Part shown: positions 1-8,990 of the stretch, in pieces
Layout: the number at the start of each line of letters is the position of its first letter
How positions within the stretch are numbered: position 1 is the first letter of the stretch
Origin: a virus
IMG/VR virus record: IMGVR_UViG_3300001765_000193
Reading direction: 5' to 3' (one strand)
DNA: 34,986 nucleotides
Notes under the pieces: generated by a model
What the model saw: only the letters and a program-made list of their open reading frames with translations
What the model was told of the DNA's origin: nothing
The model's database searches: none
Position numbers and translations under genes: made by a program

Positions 1-93
1 TGTTGTAATAAATTTATTATGGTTGCTATCATTACGCTTCTTGAATTATGTTTATGTATTTTGTTGCTGTTGGTTTTGCATTATTAAAATATG
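1..93. repeat. Terminal direct repeat, copy 1 (identical to 34894-34986)
   Basis: Base-by-base identity of the first and last 93 nt of the window. It contains the stop of the 743-aa gene and the start of the 41-aa gene. Confidence 0.95.
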
Positions 94-2263
94 TTATTTC
101 TATTTGAGAAAGTAAAATATCGCCTGTTGTGTTTTCCGCTACATTAAATATAACGTTTGTATCTGTTGTAAATGGACCATCATTTATTCCTTCGTAATCA
201 GTTATGAAACTATCATTACTACCTATAAAAATAGTCGCTTCTATATCCTGTGCCTCAGATGTTAAATTGTAATTAGTTCTTAATGCAAATGGCTGTTCAA
301 TAGATCTGAAATCTGTTATCAATTCCATTGATACTTCGCCATTTGTTAAGTTGGAAGTGAAATTATTAAATATATATTTTTTGTCCTTATAAATTATTCT
401 GTCATTCAATTTCAAACCCGATAACATTGTGGTTGGTATCTTTGTTTTTAAATTAATCAACCTGCATCTTATGTCATACAAACCACTTATATAATTCTTA
501 TACCATAACTCAAATAAGCTATTTGAGGCTAAAGAAGTTGGTACGTTTACACTTTGCTCTTCGCCCCAATTAAGTGATGCAATTGTAGTACCTACTGCCA
601 ATTCATTTGTAAACTTTCTGTAATTTGAAACATTGTTATAACTCGCTCCGTTAAAGAATTTTATAGGCGTTGGAAGTGTAACATGATTATTCATATACAT
701 TAAAATCGGTTTCGGTTTATATGAATTTCGGTCTTTATCTATTAAAGTTGCTGTTAAAAAATCTTGGTTTGTTGTTTTTTCCCACATCACATCTTCAAAA
801 GGACTTTTAATTTCATAACTCGAACTCTCGTTACTCATTAAATCCTGATAATCTAGGTCGCCATACTCCCTGTTAAACGTATTTCTAAAAGCATTATTTA
901 AAATATTCTCGCTTTTTTCGTGTGCAAAAGATAGCTTTTTGAATAATTTAGGGCGTAAAATATCAATGTTATCTGTAATTACATAGGGTGTTATGTCTTT
1001 AAACTCTCCAAAACCATAAAAAAGCTCCAATGGTTGCAACTCAAAATTGTTTTCGCCTTTTGGTACTATCGTTAAATTGAATAGTTTTATAATTCCTGTA
1101 AAGAAATCAATTACTTTTATTTTTGGAATGTAAGATTGAATGTTTAAAAAGCTACCCGTTGATTGTGTGGTTGAGTAGCCTCTGCGTACTCGAGTTGAAA
1201 AATAGAATTGTTTTTTATTATATAATTCACTCGTAAAACTAAAAGGTGCAGTACTTTCAACTTCAAAATAATAAGACATTGCAGTACCGTTTGGTTGGTT
1301 TATAAATGAAATTTCTTGATAACCAAAGTTATTTTCAAAAGTATTTAAAACACTTCCGTTACTATTATTTCTTATCGTTACTTTATATTGAATAGCTGGA
1401 TTTGTAGGGAATATTTTAATAGAAGTTCGTTGATAAATTATACTACTTACACTCCAATCAGAAGTATAAACATCAGTAGTTAAATCCAAGTCGGGGAAGT
1501 TTACATCTTTAGAAGTAAAATTAATTCTAACGGGTGCTGTATAAACAACCAACTCTTCACTACTTTTACAATACAAATATAAATCTGTAAAGTAACCTGT
1601 ATTTAAAAAGAAACCCTCAAACGTTATTCCGTATCTATTGCTAATAAAATCAAATATTTTAGATATAGGAATAGCCGGGAATAAATCTGAATACACTATT
1701 GAACTCGCTGTAGTGCCTCCTATTGTAACATCATTCGCACTCCCTGTTAAATATTCATACCTTGCTTTTGCTCCTACAATTGGATAGCGTACATCTGATA
1801 ATATAGAACCATCAACTCTACCTACTATATTTGCATAATCGTATGTATGGTTTAAACTCGAATAATCTAAAACTGATAACTCTTCTTCTTTGAATAAGTC
1901 TTTTAACTGCTTTGTATTGCCATAAAAAGTAATCGTAAAACTTTCCATTTCATTCATTTTCTCATTCGCTTTCTCGATTTGAATTTTACCATCACGAAAA
2001 GGAATAGTATCTAATTCAATCTTTGCATCGAATCTTATTCGATGGTCGAACGCATCGTTAACAATTCCATTCTCATTCCAATAGTTGAAAATAATATTAT
2101 TGTTTGCACTTGCAGGAATAGTAAAAGATTGACTAAAATCTGTAAATACTTTTGATAGGTCATTAATGTTTTGAATAGAAGAGTTAACCGAAATTGTTTC
2201 GTCTTTGAATAAATCAATTCTTTTAAATTCATTGTTAATCTTAATGTATATTTCTACACTCAT
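32..2263 (-). CDS. Large tail/baseplate (probable host-recognition) structural protein, 743 aa
   Basis: Long ORF in the late block. Its start overlaps the upstream gene stop (2260-2263) and its stop overlaps the next start (TAATG). Function is inferred from size and position only. Confidence 0.4.
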   Translation of the reverse strand: MSVEIYIKINNEFKRIDLFKDETISVNSSIQNINDLSKVFTDFSQSFTIPASANNNIIFNYWNENGIVNDAFDHRIRFDAKIELDTIPFRDGKIQIEKANEKMNEMESFTITFYGNTKQLKDLFKEEELSVLDYSSLNHTYDYANIVGRVDGSILSDVRYPIVGAKARYEYLTGSANDVTIGGTTASSIVYSDLFPAIPISKIFDFISNRYGITFEGFFLNTGYFTDLYLYCKSSEELVVYTAPVRINFTSKDVNFPDLDLTTDVYTSDWSVSSIIYQRTSIKIFPTNPAIQYKVTIRNNSNGSVLNTFENNFGYQEISFINQPNGTAMSYYFEVESTAPFSFTSELYNKKQFYFSTRVRRGYSTTQSTGSFLNIQSYIPKIKVIDFFTGIIKLFNLTIVPKGENNFELQPLELFYGFGEFKDITPYVITDNIDILRPKLFKKLSFAHEKSENILNNAFRNTFNREYGDLDYQDLMSNESSSYEIKSPFEDVMWEKTTNQDFLTATLIDKDRNSYKPKPILMYMNNHVTLPTPIKFFNGASYNNVSNYRKFTNELAVGTTIASLNWGEEQSVNVPTSLASNSLFELWYKNYISGLYDIRCRLINLKTKIPTTMLSGLKLNDRIIYKDKKYIFNNFTSNLTNGEVSMELITDFRSIEQPFALRTNYNLTSEAQDIEATIFIGSNDSFITDYEGINDGPFTTDTNVIFNVAENTTGDILLSQIEITYFNNAKPTATKYINIIQEA

Positions 2264-3285
2264 ACGTAATTCTGTATTAACGGAGTTGCAATTTCAAACT
2301 CTATTTCGTAATTAATTACTTTATCGTTTAACTTTGTTTTTTCAGTAAATGATGAGGTTTTAATTGTAGCATAAAAAGCCTCTGAACCATCAGCATTAAA
2401 TATCAATATATCTTCGCTTAACATCATTTCTTTTAATGCTTTAACCGAATTTTCTGTTATCCACCCTGTATTTAATTTTACACTTCGACTTCCATTTACA
2501 TTAAATGATTTTTTAAAACCAAGCAAATTATAATCACTTCCTTTGTATTCATTAGAAAGTAATGATTTTTTAAAAAATGTTATTTGAGAATTACCACCTA
2601 AAGAATTTGTATATGTTACAATGTATGGTAAAAATTTATTTTCACATTCTGCTACTACATTTTGAGAATAAATAACAGTCCAATCACCACCTACTAATAT
2701 TTGTAATTCAAAAGTATTTCCGTATCTAAAAAATTCATTAATTGTTGTTTTAGGAATGGTTAATAATTTGAAACCTGTATCAGTATAATCCACTATTTCA
2801 CTTCCTAAATCACTTGTGTAAACTGCTCTTAATGTAGTATAAGTATCAAAATTAAATGTTAAGTCTAAAGTTAATTTTGTGTAGTCAAAAGTATAATCAT
2901 TTTTATATAAAAATCTATTGTCTACATTGCCCTCTAAAAAAACATAAACATCAGCTCCAATACCAACAGTATAACCATAACCATAACTACTAACGTAACT
3001 ACTTTCATTTGAAAATATCCAAGAAGTTGTTAATTTATAATAAGTCTTTACTTTGCAATTTACTACTCTATTAGTTGGTGTTATTGCATCAGCAACAAAC
3101 GGACTTATATTATATTTACCAATAGTTTGCGTTGGACTGAAAATAGGTTTTTCAATTGTATGCGTTGGTGTAGTTGGTTCGGTTGCTCCTAAATTCCAAA
3201 TAAACAATTCTACTTTAGTTGCTATTTGCAAAGGGTTTGCATTAACCTCTATAATAAATGGTGTTCTACAAAAAAATATAGTCAT
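2260..3285 (-). CDS. Virion structural protein (tail-associated), 341 aa
   Basis: ORF coupled by 4-nt overlaps to both neighbours in the morphogenesis block. No recognisable motif. Confidence 0.35.
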   Translation of the reverse strand: MTIFFCRTPFIIEVNANPLQIATKVELFIWNLGATEPTTPTHTIEKPIFSPTQTIGKYNISPFVADAITPTNRVVNCKVKTYYKLTTSWIFSNESSYVSSYGYGYTVGIGADVYVFLEGNVDNRFLYKNDYTFDYTKLTLDLTFNFDTYTTLRAVYTSDLGSEIVDYTDTGFKLLTIPKTTINEFFRYGNTFELQILVGGDWTVIYSQNVVAECENKFLPYIVTYTNSLGGNSQITFFKKSLLSNEYKGSDYNLLGFKKSFNVNGSRSVKLNTGWITENSVKALKEMMLSEDILIFNADGSEAFYATIKTSSFTEKTKLNDKVINYEIEFEIATPLIQNYV

Positions 3286-3815
3286 AATTTCTCTAATAAT
3301 TTTTCTAAATCCAATCCGTAAGCATCAATAACTTCGTCTGGTAACTTCTTAAATCCCTGTTCAAATGGTTTGCTAAAAAAGAAACTTGATTTTATTCCTT
3401 TTTGATATATACTTCGAGTTATTAAAAAAGCGGTGTTTTCATAACTCATAAATTTTCCACTTTCTCTGTCCCGAAATTGAAAACGCCTTGCCTTAACCCA
3501 TTCTAATATTCCACTTGTTAAACCGCCTTTTTTACCCGTGCCACTTCCAAACCTAAACGGACTATTCGGTGCTTTAGCCGAGCTACTTTTACCCTTAACA
3601 CCTTTGTCTTGAAACTCGCCGTACTCTTCCATTTCAAAGTAAATCCCTATCGAGTTTTTACCTACAAAACTCTCGCCTTTTATGGAATCATAAAGTTTCT
3701 TTTTTACATTTTTGTCTTTTTTAGTCAAGTTGCTTTTAGCCTGTTGAACGACAAACTTCGTAAACTTTGAAAGTACTTTGTTTAAATTATCTTTAGCATC
3801 CATTACAACAAACAT
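3282..3815 (-). CDS. Putative head-tail joining/neck protein (HK97 gp10-like), 177 aa
   Basis: The YFEMEEYGEFQDKGVKG segment resembles the gp10-family core. Lies in the structural block. Confidence 0.35.
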   Translation of the reverse strand: MFVVMDAKDNLNKVLSKFTKFVVQQAKSNLTKKDKNVKKKLYDSIKGESFVGKNSIGIYFEMEEYGEFQDKGVKGKSSSAKAPNSPFRFGSGTGKKGGLTSGILEWVKARRFQFRDRESGKFMSYENTAFLITRSIYQKGIKSSFFFSKPFEQGFKKLPDEVIDAYGLDLEKLLEKL

Positions 3816-4260
3816 CTGTTTCGTTATCCGGATATTGTAATACTACTTCAATCGTCATTCCGTCCATTCCATTTGTATAGGCTTTGAAAAATATCTGTGG
3901 CTCTGTTGAACTAACATATTGAATGTTAAACTCATTATTTAAAAGCCTTAACTTCTTAACTAAATTATTCATTACAGAATGTGCCGTTTGAATATTGTCT
4001 ACTCTGTTATCGTTCCCGTTTAACTTATTTGTTATCGTTGTTTTAACGTCGTCTCTTTGAGTTATGAATAACACTTCAAACCCTATTGTTTTATTCTCAA
4101 AGTTTGATGATACAATTCCAATATTTACTAAATTATAAATATTCTTTTTATTAAAATCAATATCATCATCGGTATGAAAAATAGTAATGGTATTTACATC
4201 GATATCGCTTTGTAAATATCCAACTAATAACTCCAAACAATTACTTATAGCGTTTCTCAT
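3793..4260 (-). CDS. Hypothetical virion/neck protein, 155 aa
   Basis: ORF in the late operon that overlaps both neighbours. Confidence 0.3.
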   Translation of the reverse strand: MRNAISNCLELLVGYLQSDIDVNTITIFHTDDDIDFNKKNIYNLVNIGIVSSNFENKTIGFEVLFITQRDDVKTTITNKLNGNDNRVDNIQTAHSVMNNLVKKLRLLNNEFNIQYVSSTEPQIFFKAYTNGMDGMTIEVVLQYPDNETDVCCNGC

Positions 4261-4505
4261 TTTCTTTAATTTGTCTAACCTCTTCCTGGTTTTTATCTTT
4301 TAAAAATTCTAAATGCGTAAAAAATTGATATATCGTTAACCTATAGGCAAGGTCATGTTTAAATCTATCTCCTCCAGCAACTGCGTCAACTGAGATATAC
4401 CAACTCCATTTTTGACTAAAATTGCTTTGTCCTGTTCCGTCGTTACTTTGTTCAAATAGTGAGGGATATAATTCTTTAACTCCATTCCTAAATTCCAAAA
4501 AAAAA
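4241..4505 (-). CDS. -1 frame extension of the tail assembly chaperone (GT-like fusion part)
   Basis: The 85-codon open frame has no ATG. It is open only from just upstream of the U9 run, and its nominal start is a UUG inside the run. Confidence 0.45.
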
Positions 4506-4968
4506 CCTTTGCACCAATTAAAGCGGACATCGGAGCATCGTTCATAATTTCAAAGCCATCTGTTCCGTTGTACTCTTTAATGTTATACAATTTGCCTTGC
4601 TTTCTTTCGATAGGGCGATACATAACCATCATAGCTTTGAGTGCATCTGTTTCAATGTAATTATCCAAGTCGATATATTCTGCGGTTGTAATTTCGTCAA
4701 TGTTTGGAATGAAACCATATTCAACTCCGTTCATTGTAAACCTTTGAACGAGTTTAGGTTGCTCTTCTAATACTTTAGAAATTGTATCGATAATTTCGTG
4801 AAATTGTTTAAGTGGTATTTTCAACACTTCGTCTAATTGAATGTTACAAAATATTGATACCAATTGAAATGGCAAAAAGTCTTCCGAGCTTTTTTCAACT
4901 GCATTTTTCCACTTGCCAAGCTGTCCAAGTGTTATATGCTCTAATGATGTAGGTACTTCTATTCTCAT
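4336..4968 (-). CDS. Tail assembly chaperone, 0-frame product (G-like), 210 aa
   Basis: The pattern MNGVEYGFIPNIDEITTAEYIDLD...AMMVMYRP is typical of siphovirus chaperones. It contains a U9 slippery run and an overlapping -1 frame ORF. Confidence 0.5.
   Translation of the reverse strand: MRIEVPTSLEHITLGQLGKWKNAVEKSSEDFLPFQLVSIFCNIQLDEVLKIPLKQFHEIIDTISKVLEEQPKLVQRFTMNGVEYGFIPNIDEITTAEYIDLDNYIETDALKAMMVMYRPIERKQGKLYNIKEYNGTDGFEIMNDAPMSALIGAKVFFWNLGMELKNYIPHYLNKVTTEQDKAILVKNGVGISQLTQLLEEIDLNMTLPIG
4497..4505 (-). other. Slippery homopolymer (U9 on the mRNA), putative -1 frameshift site
   Basis: The minus strand reads G GUU UUU UUU UGG. A shift by -1 gives UUG GAA UUU AGG, which continues for 84 codons. 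Confidence 0.5.
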
Positions 4969-4970
4969 AC

Positions 4971-5002
4971 CTATATAACGAAAAAAAAGAATAATTTTGC
5001 AA
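4971..5002 (-). promoter_or_regulatory. Late-gene motif copy 1: TTGCAA-N16-CGTTATATAG-N2-ATG
   Basis: Fills the whole gap between the TerL stop (5003) and the chaperone ATG (4968). Copy 2 at 30327-30358 has the same architecture. Confidence 0.45.
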
Positions 5003-6208
5003 CTATCCAGTGTAATATTTTCCTTTATTGGGTTTGCCTATATAATTCCAAACTGCATAACCTAACGCATCGAGTAAATGGTTGTAGTCATCAATTGGTG
5101 TTTCCGACTTCCTATCGTGCCAAACATAATTGTTTAACTCCTTAATTAAGTTTATACTATCGGGGTCGATTATCAATTCATAATCCTGCATTAAAGCAAT
5201 ACGTTCGATTATCTTTGGTTTTTCAACTCCTTTGATATTTAAACCTCTCGATTTTAATTCCGATATAAGTCTTGGCTCGGCACTATCTGCTATAATTAAT
5301 CCTTTTGAGGTGCAATATCTATTGTTTTCAATAAATATATCACTTGTTGTTAAACCGCTTTTATAAAGCAATTCCTTTGCGTAAATTATCTTTTTAGTTT
5401 TGTCAATTGAAACTTGCACCAATGTTGTAGGATCAATCGAAAATCCAAAATCTTGTCCGTAAATACTTCCGTTGACTTCTTGAAATTTGTCAATTCTCCA
5501 ATTAGAGAAAATAACTCCTTCGGCTTTTGATAGCCAACCCCCCAATATTTGATGTTGGTACTTTTGTGGATTTGTAGTTTTAATGCGATCGATTTCATTA
5601 ATAAAAGATATATCTAAATTATCAATATTATCTAAGTAAGTAGTATGAATGTAGGTTACATCGTCTTTAATTCCATTAAAACCCTCTTGAACGCCCCTAT
5701 CTTCAAAGAAACGTTTATATAACCAGTGTTCCTTTGTTGCTGGGTTAAGTATTAAAATAACTCTATTCTGTTTTCCTTTTTGTCTTATTGATAGGTTAAT
5801 TTTATCAAAGGTACTTTCGTCCGTCAACTCTTCTGCTTCGTCAAGTACCCAAGTTGTAACGCCCTGCAAAGATTTTAGATTTGCGGTCTGGTCACCGCTA
5901 CTTGTTTTAATTCCCCTAAATATTATTTCGCTATTGGATTGCTTATTCTTTATTTCTGACTTATTAACCTCAAAGAAATGGTTTAAATTCATTAAGTCAA
6001 TCTTTTCTTGAAACTCAGGAATAATTGACAAATGAGCTGAGGTCATTGTTTGACGAGTGAATAGTATTTTATGTCCGACCTCAAACGACAAAAGGTTGAC
6101 AAAAGTGCCAACCCCGAATGATTTTGAACTCCCACGACCGCCTGTAATTATAAAGTATCGAGTATCATTCTTAAATAAACATTCATATTTTTTATTTAAA
6201 GTTATCAC
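5003..6208 (-). CDS. terL: Terminase large subunit (PBSX-type), 401 aa
   Basis: Walker A ITGGRGSSKS, Walker B VLDEAEE and a C-terminal nuclease-like half. The apparent start is GTG, overlapping the TerS stop. Confidence 0.9.
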   Translation of the reverse strand: MITLNKKYECLFKNDTRYFIITGGRGSSKSFGVGTFVNLLSFEVGHKILFTRQTMTSAHLSIIPEFQEKIDLMNLNHFFEVNKSEIKNKQSNSEIIFRGIKTSSGDQTANLKSLQGVTTWVLDEAEELTDESTFDKINLSIRQKGKQNRVILILNPATKEHWLYKRFFEDRGVQEGFNGIKDDVTYIHTTYLDNIDNLDISFINEIDRIKTTNPQKYQHQILGGWLSKAEGVIFSNWRIDKFQEVNGSIYGQDFGFSIDPTTLVQVSIDKTKKIIYAKELLYKSGLTTSDIFIENNRYCTSKGLIIADSAEPRLISELKSRGLNIKGVEKPKIIERIALMQDYELIIDPDSINLIKELNNYVWHDRKSETPIDDYNHLLDALGYAVWNYIGKPNKGKYYTG

Positions 6209-6465
6209 TCTTTAAATTTTATAATATCTTTTATATCGAAATTACTTAAATTAACATTGCTATTTTGGTCAATAGTTTGTTTTGGCATACCAAACATATA
6301 ATTAAAATATAATTTAACTGCCCAATCTTTGCCATCATTTAAAGCCTCTGTAAGTGCATTAAATGCAATAGGCTCTAATGGGGTTAACTTCTCGATTAAA
6401 CTTTGCTCTTCTGCCTTGCTTTTGCGTCCTGCCCCCTCTCTTGCTCCGCCTCGTTCCTTTTCCAT
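6205..6465 (-). CDS. terS: Putative terminase small subunit, 86 aa
   Basis: Basic N-terminus GGAREGAGRKSK. Lies immediately upstream of terL and overlaps it. Confidence 0.5.
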   Translation of the reverse strand: MEKERGGAREGAGRKSKAEEQSLIEKLTPLEPIAFNALTEALNDGKDWAVKLYFNYMFGMPKQTIDQNSNVNLSNFDIKDIIKFKE

Positions 6466-6487
6466 TTGAAAAAAATTGATTATTCAA

Positions 6488-6742
6488 TTAGTTGCATTCT
6501 ATTTTAAAATAATACGATCCCGTAATAGGCTGGTAAGTTGCTGTTTCGCTTTCACAATTAAAATCCGTTGGTGTTCTTTTAATTTCTTTATAACCCCAAA
6601 TAGGCTCGATATTTGAAGTCCAACCAATAACATCGTATTTATACTCAACTCGTTCGCAATTGCAGTCGCCTGTTGGAGTATCTTCTGAACATTGCACCGC
6701 CATTAATGGAATGGTCAAAAGTGCTAAAAATAGTTTTTTCAT
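6488..6742 (-). CDS. Small secreted Cys-rich lipoprotein, 84 aa
   Basis: Signal peptide MKKLFLALLTIPLMAVQC with a lipobox Cys, plus four further Cys residues. Confidence 0.6.
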   Translation of the reverse strand: MKKLFLALLTIPLMAVQCSEDTPTGDCNCERVEYKYDVIGWTSNIEPIWGYKEIKRTPTDFNCESETATYQPITGSYYFKIECN

Positions 6743-6745
6743 AAT

Positions 6746-7084
6746 TTAATTATTTGATTCATATAATTTTCGTAAATCTTTTAAAAATGCTGTTTGATAT
6801 TGTGAACCGCAGGTTTTGCAACTTTCAGTTTTAATATTAAAAACTCTTAACCATATTTTCTCGGCTTTCTCAATATCTTTAACTTTATCAATTGGTATTG
6901 GTAAACCATTATACCATTCAAATAAATCTTTTAAAAACTTAATTTCTGACTTTGTAAGCTCCGATGGTTTGCTAAAAGGGAATAATCTATTTAAAGTATC
7001 TTTTCGTTTATTACAACTCTCGCAAGGTTCAATTCCAATTGCTTTAGTTACATTTGCTATTACGTCTCCTAATCCTTTAGCCAT
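6746..7084 (-). CDS. Hypothetical protein with two CxxC pairs, 112 aa
   Basis: GLGDVIANVTKAIGIEPCESCNKR and CKTCG motifs, suggesting a zinc-ribbon-like fold. Confidence 0.5.
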   Translation of the reverse strand: MAKGLGDVIANVTKAIGIEPCESCNKRKDTLNRLFPFSKPSELTKSEIKFLKDLFEWYNGLPIPIDKVKDIEKAEKIWLRVFNIKTESCKTCGSQYQTAFLKDLRKLYESNN

Positions 7085-7545
7085 ATCTTATGTTTTATTT
7101 TTTTTAAACCTCTATATAAAATAGAATATTCTATTCCTGTTTTCTTTGACAAATTTGATATACTCGTTCCTTTTATAACTTTTACAATTTCGTTATTTTC
7201 ATTAGTAATTACTTTACCAAAAATAGCATCGATTAAAAGTTGCTCCCACTTGGTTAAATTTTTAATTTCAAATTCAATAGGTTTATCATTTTCTTGAATT
7301 ATATCTGCAAAGTCATCAACTAATACTATTCTATTTTTAGTAAGGCTTTTTTTCTTTGTGTCGATCCAAACCGATTTTATTGTAAAATATATATAAGCAT
7401 CGTTTACATCTTCATACTTTTTCCCGCTTTCGTGAATTTTAATGTACGCATCTTGCAATATATCATTTGCACTATCTAAATCGCCTGTAAAATTATAAGC
7501 GACTTGTAATAATTTCGCTTGATGTTTTACAAGTTTTTCGAGCAT
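7069..7545 (-). CDS. Divergent sigma-70 family (ECF-like, regions 2+4) factor, 158 aa
   Basis: Region-2-like LDSANDILQDAYIKIHE...YIYFTIKSVWIDTKKK. Region-4-like HTH ISNLSKKTGIEYSILYRGLKKIKHKI. Sits at the early/late boundary. Confidence 0.55.
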   Translation of the reverse strand: MLEKLVKHQAKLLQVAYNFTGDLDSANDILQDAYIKIHESGKKYEDVNDAYIYFTIKSVWIDTKKKSLTKNRIVLVDDFADIIQENDKPIEFEIKNLTKWEQLLIDAIFGKVITNENNEIVKVIKGTSISNLSKKTGIEYSILYRGLKKIKHKIWLKD

Positions 7546-7718
7546 TATTTTTTTCGATTACGTGTTTGTTTTTCAACTACAATAGCTTCTAAAGATATTA
7601 CAAACCCTCTTGCTATTAGTTTATTTGCTCTTTCAATTGATACTTCAAACTCTGTGCCAACTATCATATTTTTATTAAATTCCGTATCGGTATATGATTG
7701 AATTACTTTTACTTTCAT
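7545..7718 (-). CDS. Hypothetical small protein, 57 aa (below ORF-track cutoff)
   Basis: Translated by hand as MKVKVIQSYTDTEF...QTRNRKK. Its stop overlaps the sigma ATG (TAATG). Confidence 0.55.
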   Translation of the reverse strand: MKVKVIQSYTDTEFNKNMIVGTEFEVSIERANKLIARGFVISLEAIVVEKQTRNRKK

Positions 7719-7745
7719 TGTTTAATTTTTATCAAAATTACAAAT

Positions 7746-7982
7746 TTAATTTATAATACCAACAAATTTATTAAAATAATCAAATTCAAACTTTACATAT
7801 TTTTCAGTGCCTATGTAGTTAAATTCATAATACCAATGACTTTTATATATTTTATCAATATACATCTGTGGTTTGGTTGTTACTTTACCAACTCCGCACC
7901 ACCGTATTAAACTACCATTCTTTGAGGGCTGTGGCTCGAAATTAAGGTTTAAATAAAACCCGTTTATGTTAATCTTTTCCAT
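7746..7982 (-). CDS. Hypothetical protein, 78 aa
   Basis: Minus-strand ORF collinear with the operon. Confidence 0.5.
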   Translation of the reverse strand: MEKININGFYLNLNFEPQPSKNGSLIRWCGVGKVTTKPQMYIDKIYKSHWYYEFNYIGTEKYVKFEFDYFNKFVGIIN

Positions 7983-8008
7983 TGATTCAATTTATTGATG
8001 TGATATTA

Positions 8009-8359
8009 TTACGAAAATTCATCGCCACAAACTCCGCATCTCAAAAGATTAGAGCCTATGAAAGTTCTTTGTTCTTTCGGGTGTTTACAATCATTTTCTG
8101 AATAATCGTAATAATTTGTAAAAAAATCACTGCTTGAAACTTGCTTTAAAATATCTTCATCTTTTTCAGGAAAAAACAACCAACTTGCACACAAATCCGA
8201 TGAATATCTTTGCCATATATTAGCACATTCGGAAATACTAGCAATTAAATTTTCGTTTATTAAAAGTTGTTTTTGAAGTCTGTATAAATTTAAAATATCT
8301 TCTTTCGTATAATAATCGTCTTGTAAAAAAAAACCATTATTTTCATTTAATGTTATCAT
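8009..8359 (-). CDS. Hypothetical protein with C-terminal CxxC, 116 aa
   Basis: Minus-strand ORF with the C-terminal sequence LLRCGVCGDEFS. Confidence 0.5.
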   Translation of the reverse strand: MITLNENNGFFLQDDYYTKEDILNLYRLQKQLLINENLIASISECANIWQRYSSDLCASWLFFPEKDEDILKQVSSSDFFTNYYDYSENDCKHPKEQRTFIGSNLLRCGVCGDEFS

Positions 8360-8392
8360 AAAATTTAGTTTTTAAAAACTGCCCATTAGTAT

Positions 8393-8560
8393 CTATTTAA
8401 ACATCGTTTTATGTATCACGATATCATTTACCATAATTGGGAATTTTAAACGTGCTAAAGTATGATATTTAAGTTTTTCAAACTCACAGCACTTTTTTAG
8501 GTTTCCGTATGTTTCTATTCTATTGCCTTGAATGAAAACTATTATTGATTGTCTTTGCAT
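8393..8560 (-). CDS. Hypothetical small protein, 55 aa (below cutoff)
   Basis: Hand translation MQRQSIIVFIQGNRIETYGNLKKCCEF...KTMFK. It fills an otherwise empty gap. Confidence 0.4.
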   Translation of the reverse strand: MQRQSIIVFIQGNRIETYGNLKKCCEFEKLKYHTLARLKFPIMVNDIVIHKTMFK

Positions 8561-8766
8561 AATTCTAATTTTTGTATTAGTTCCATTTTTTCAATTGCTA
8601 AAAAATCCCATTTTCTCGATTTTTTAGCGTGCCTTTGAGTTTGCCAACCGTCCTGAATAACAGACGTTCTATTTTTATCTAATTGTTTTTCTATTTGAAT
8701 AAGTCTTTTTTGTAGTTTTAAAATTTCTAAATCTACTTTTTCAAATAATTGACTTGATTTTTTCAT
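8542..8766 (-). CDS. Hypothetical coiled-coil protein, 74 aa
   Basis: Minus-strand ORF. Confidence 0.45.
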   Translation of the reverse strand: MKKSSQLFEKVDLEILKLQKRLIQIEKQLDKNRTSVIQDGWQTQRHAKKSRKWDFLAIEKMELIQKLELCKDNQ

Positions 8767-8775
8767 GGTCTGAAT

Positions 8776-8973
8776 TTATAATTTTAAATAATTTTTAATT
8801 GTATTATACAATAATTTAAAATTAATTCCAAATTGGAAACATATAAAAGAAAATTCAAAATAAAATGAACTATGCCAATCTTTATTTATAATATTCAATG
8901 CAATATTAATTTTAAATTGATAATCTTTAAACGGATTCCAAAAATTGAAATCAATAATACTAGGTTTTTTCAT
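8776..8973 (-). CDS. Hypothetical protein, 65 aa
   Basis: Minus-strand ORF of low-complexity aromatic-rich composition. Confidence 0.35.
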   Translation of the reverse strand: MKKPSIIDFNFWNPFKDYQFKINIALNIINKDWHSSFYFEFSFICFQFGINFKLLYNTIKNYLKL

Positions 8974-8990
8974 TTTCTGTATATTTTTTA

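Noticed and set aside
1-93. The 93-bp repeat as genuine direct terminal repeats of the virion DNA
   Set aside because: It cannot be decided from sequence. The repeat interrupts a translationally coupled gene pair and no terminase cos- or pac-like feature is visible, so an assembly overlap or arbitrary linearisation is the simpler reading.
2035-2232. Nested minus-strand ORFs 2035-2232 and 5386-5598 in alternative frames
   Set aside because: Both lie entirely inside the 743-aa tail gene and the terminase gene respectively. There is no independent start context or motif, so they are probably chance open frames.
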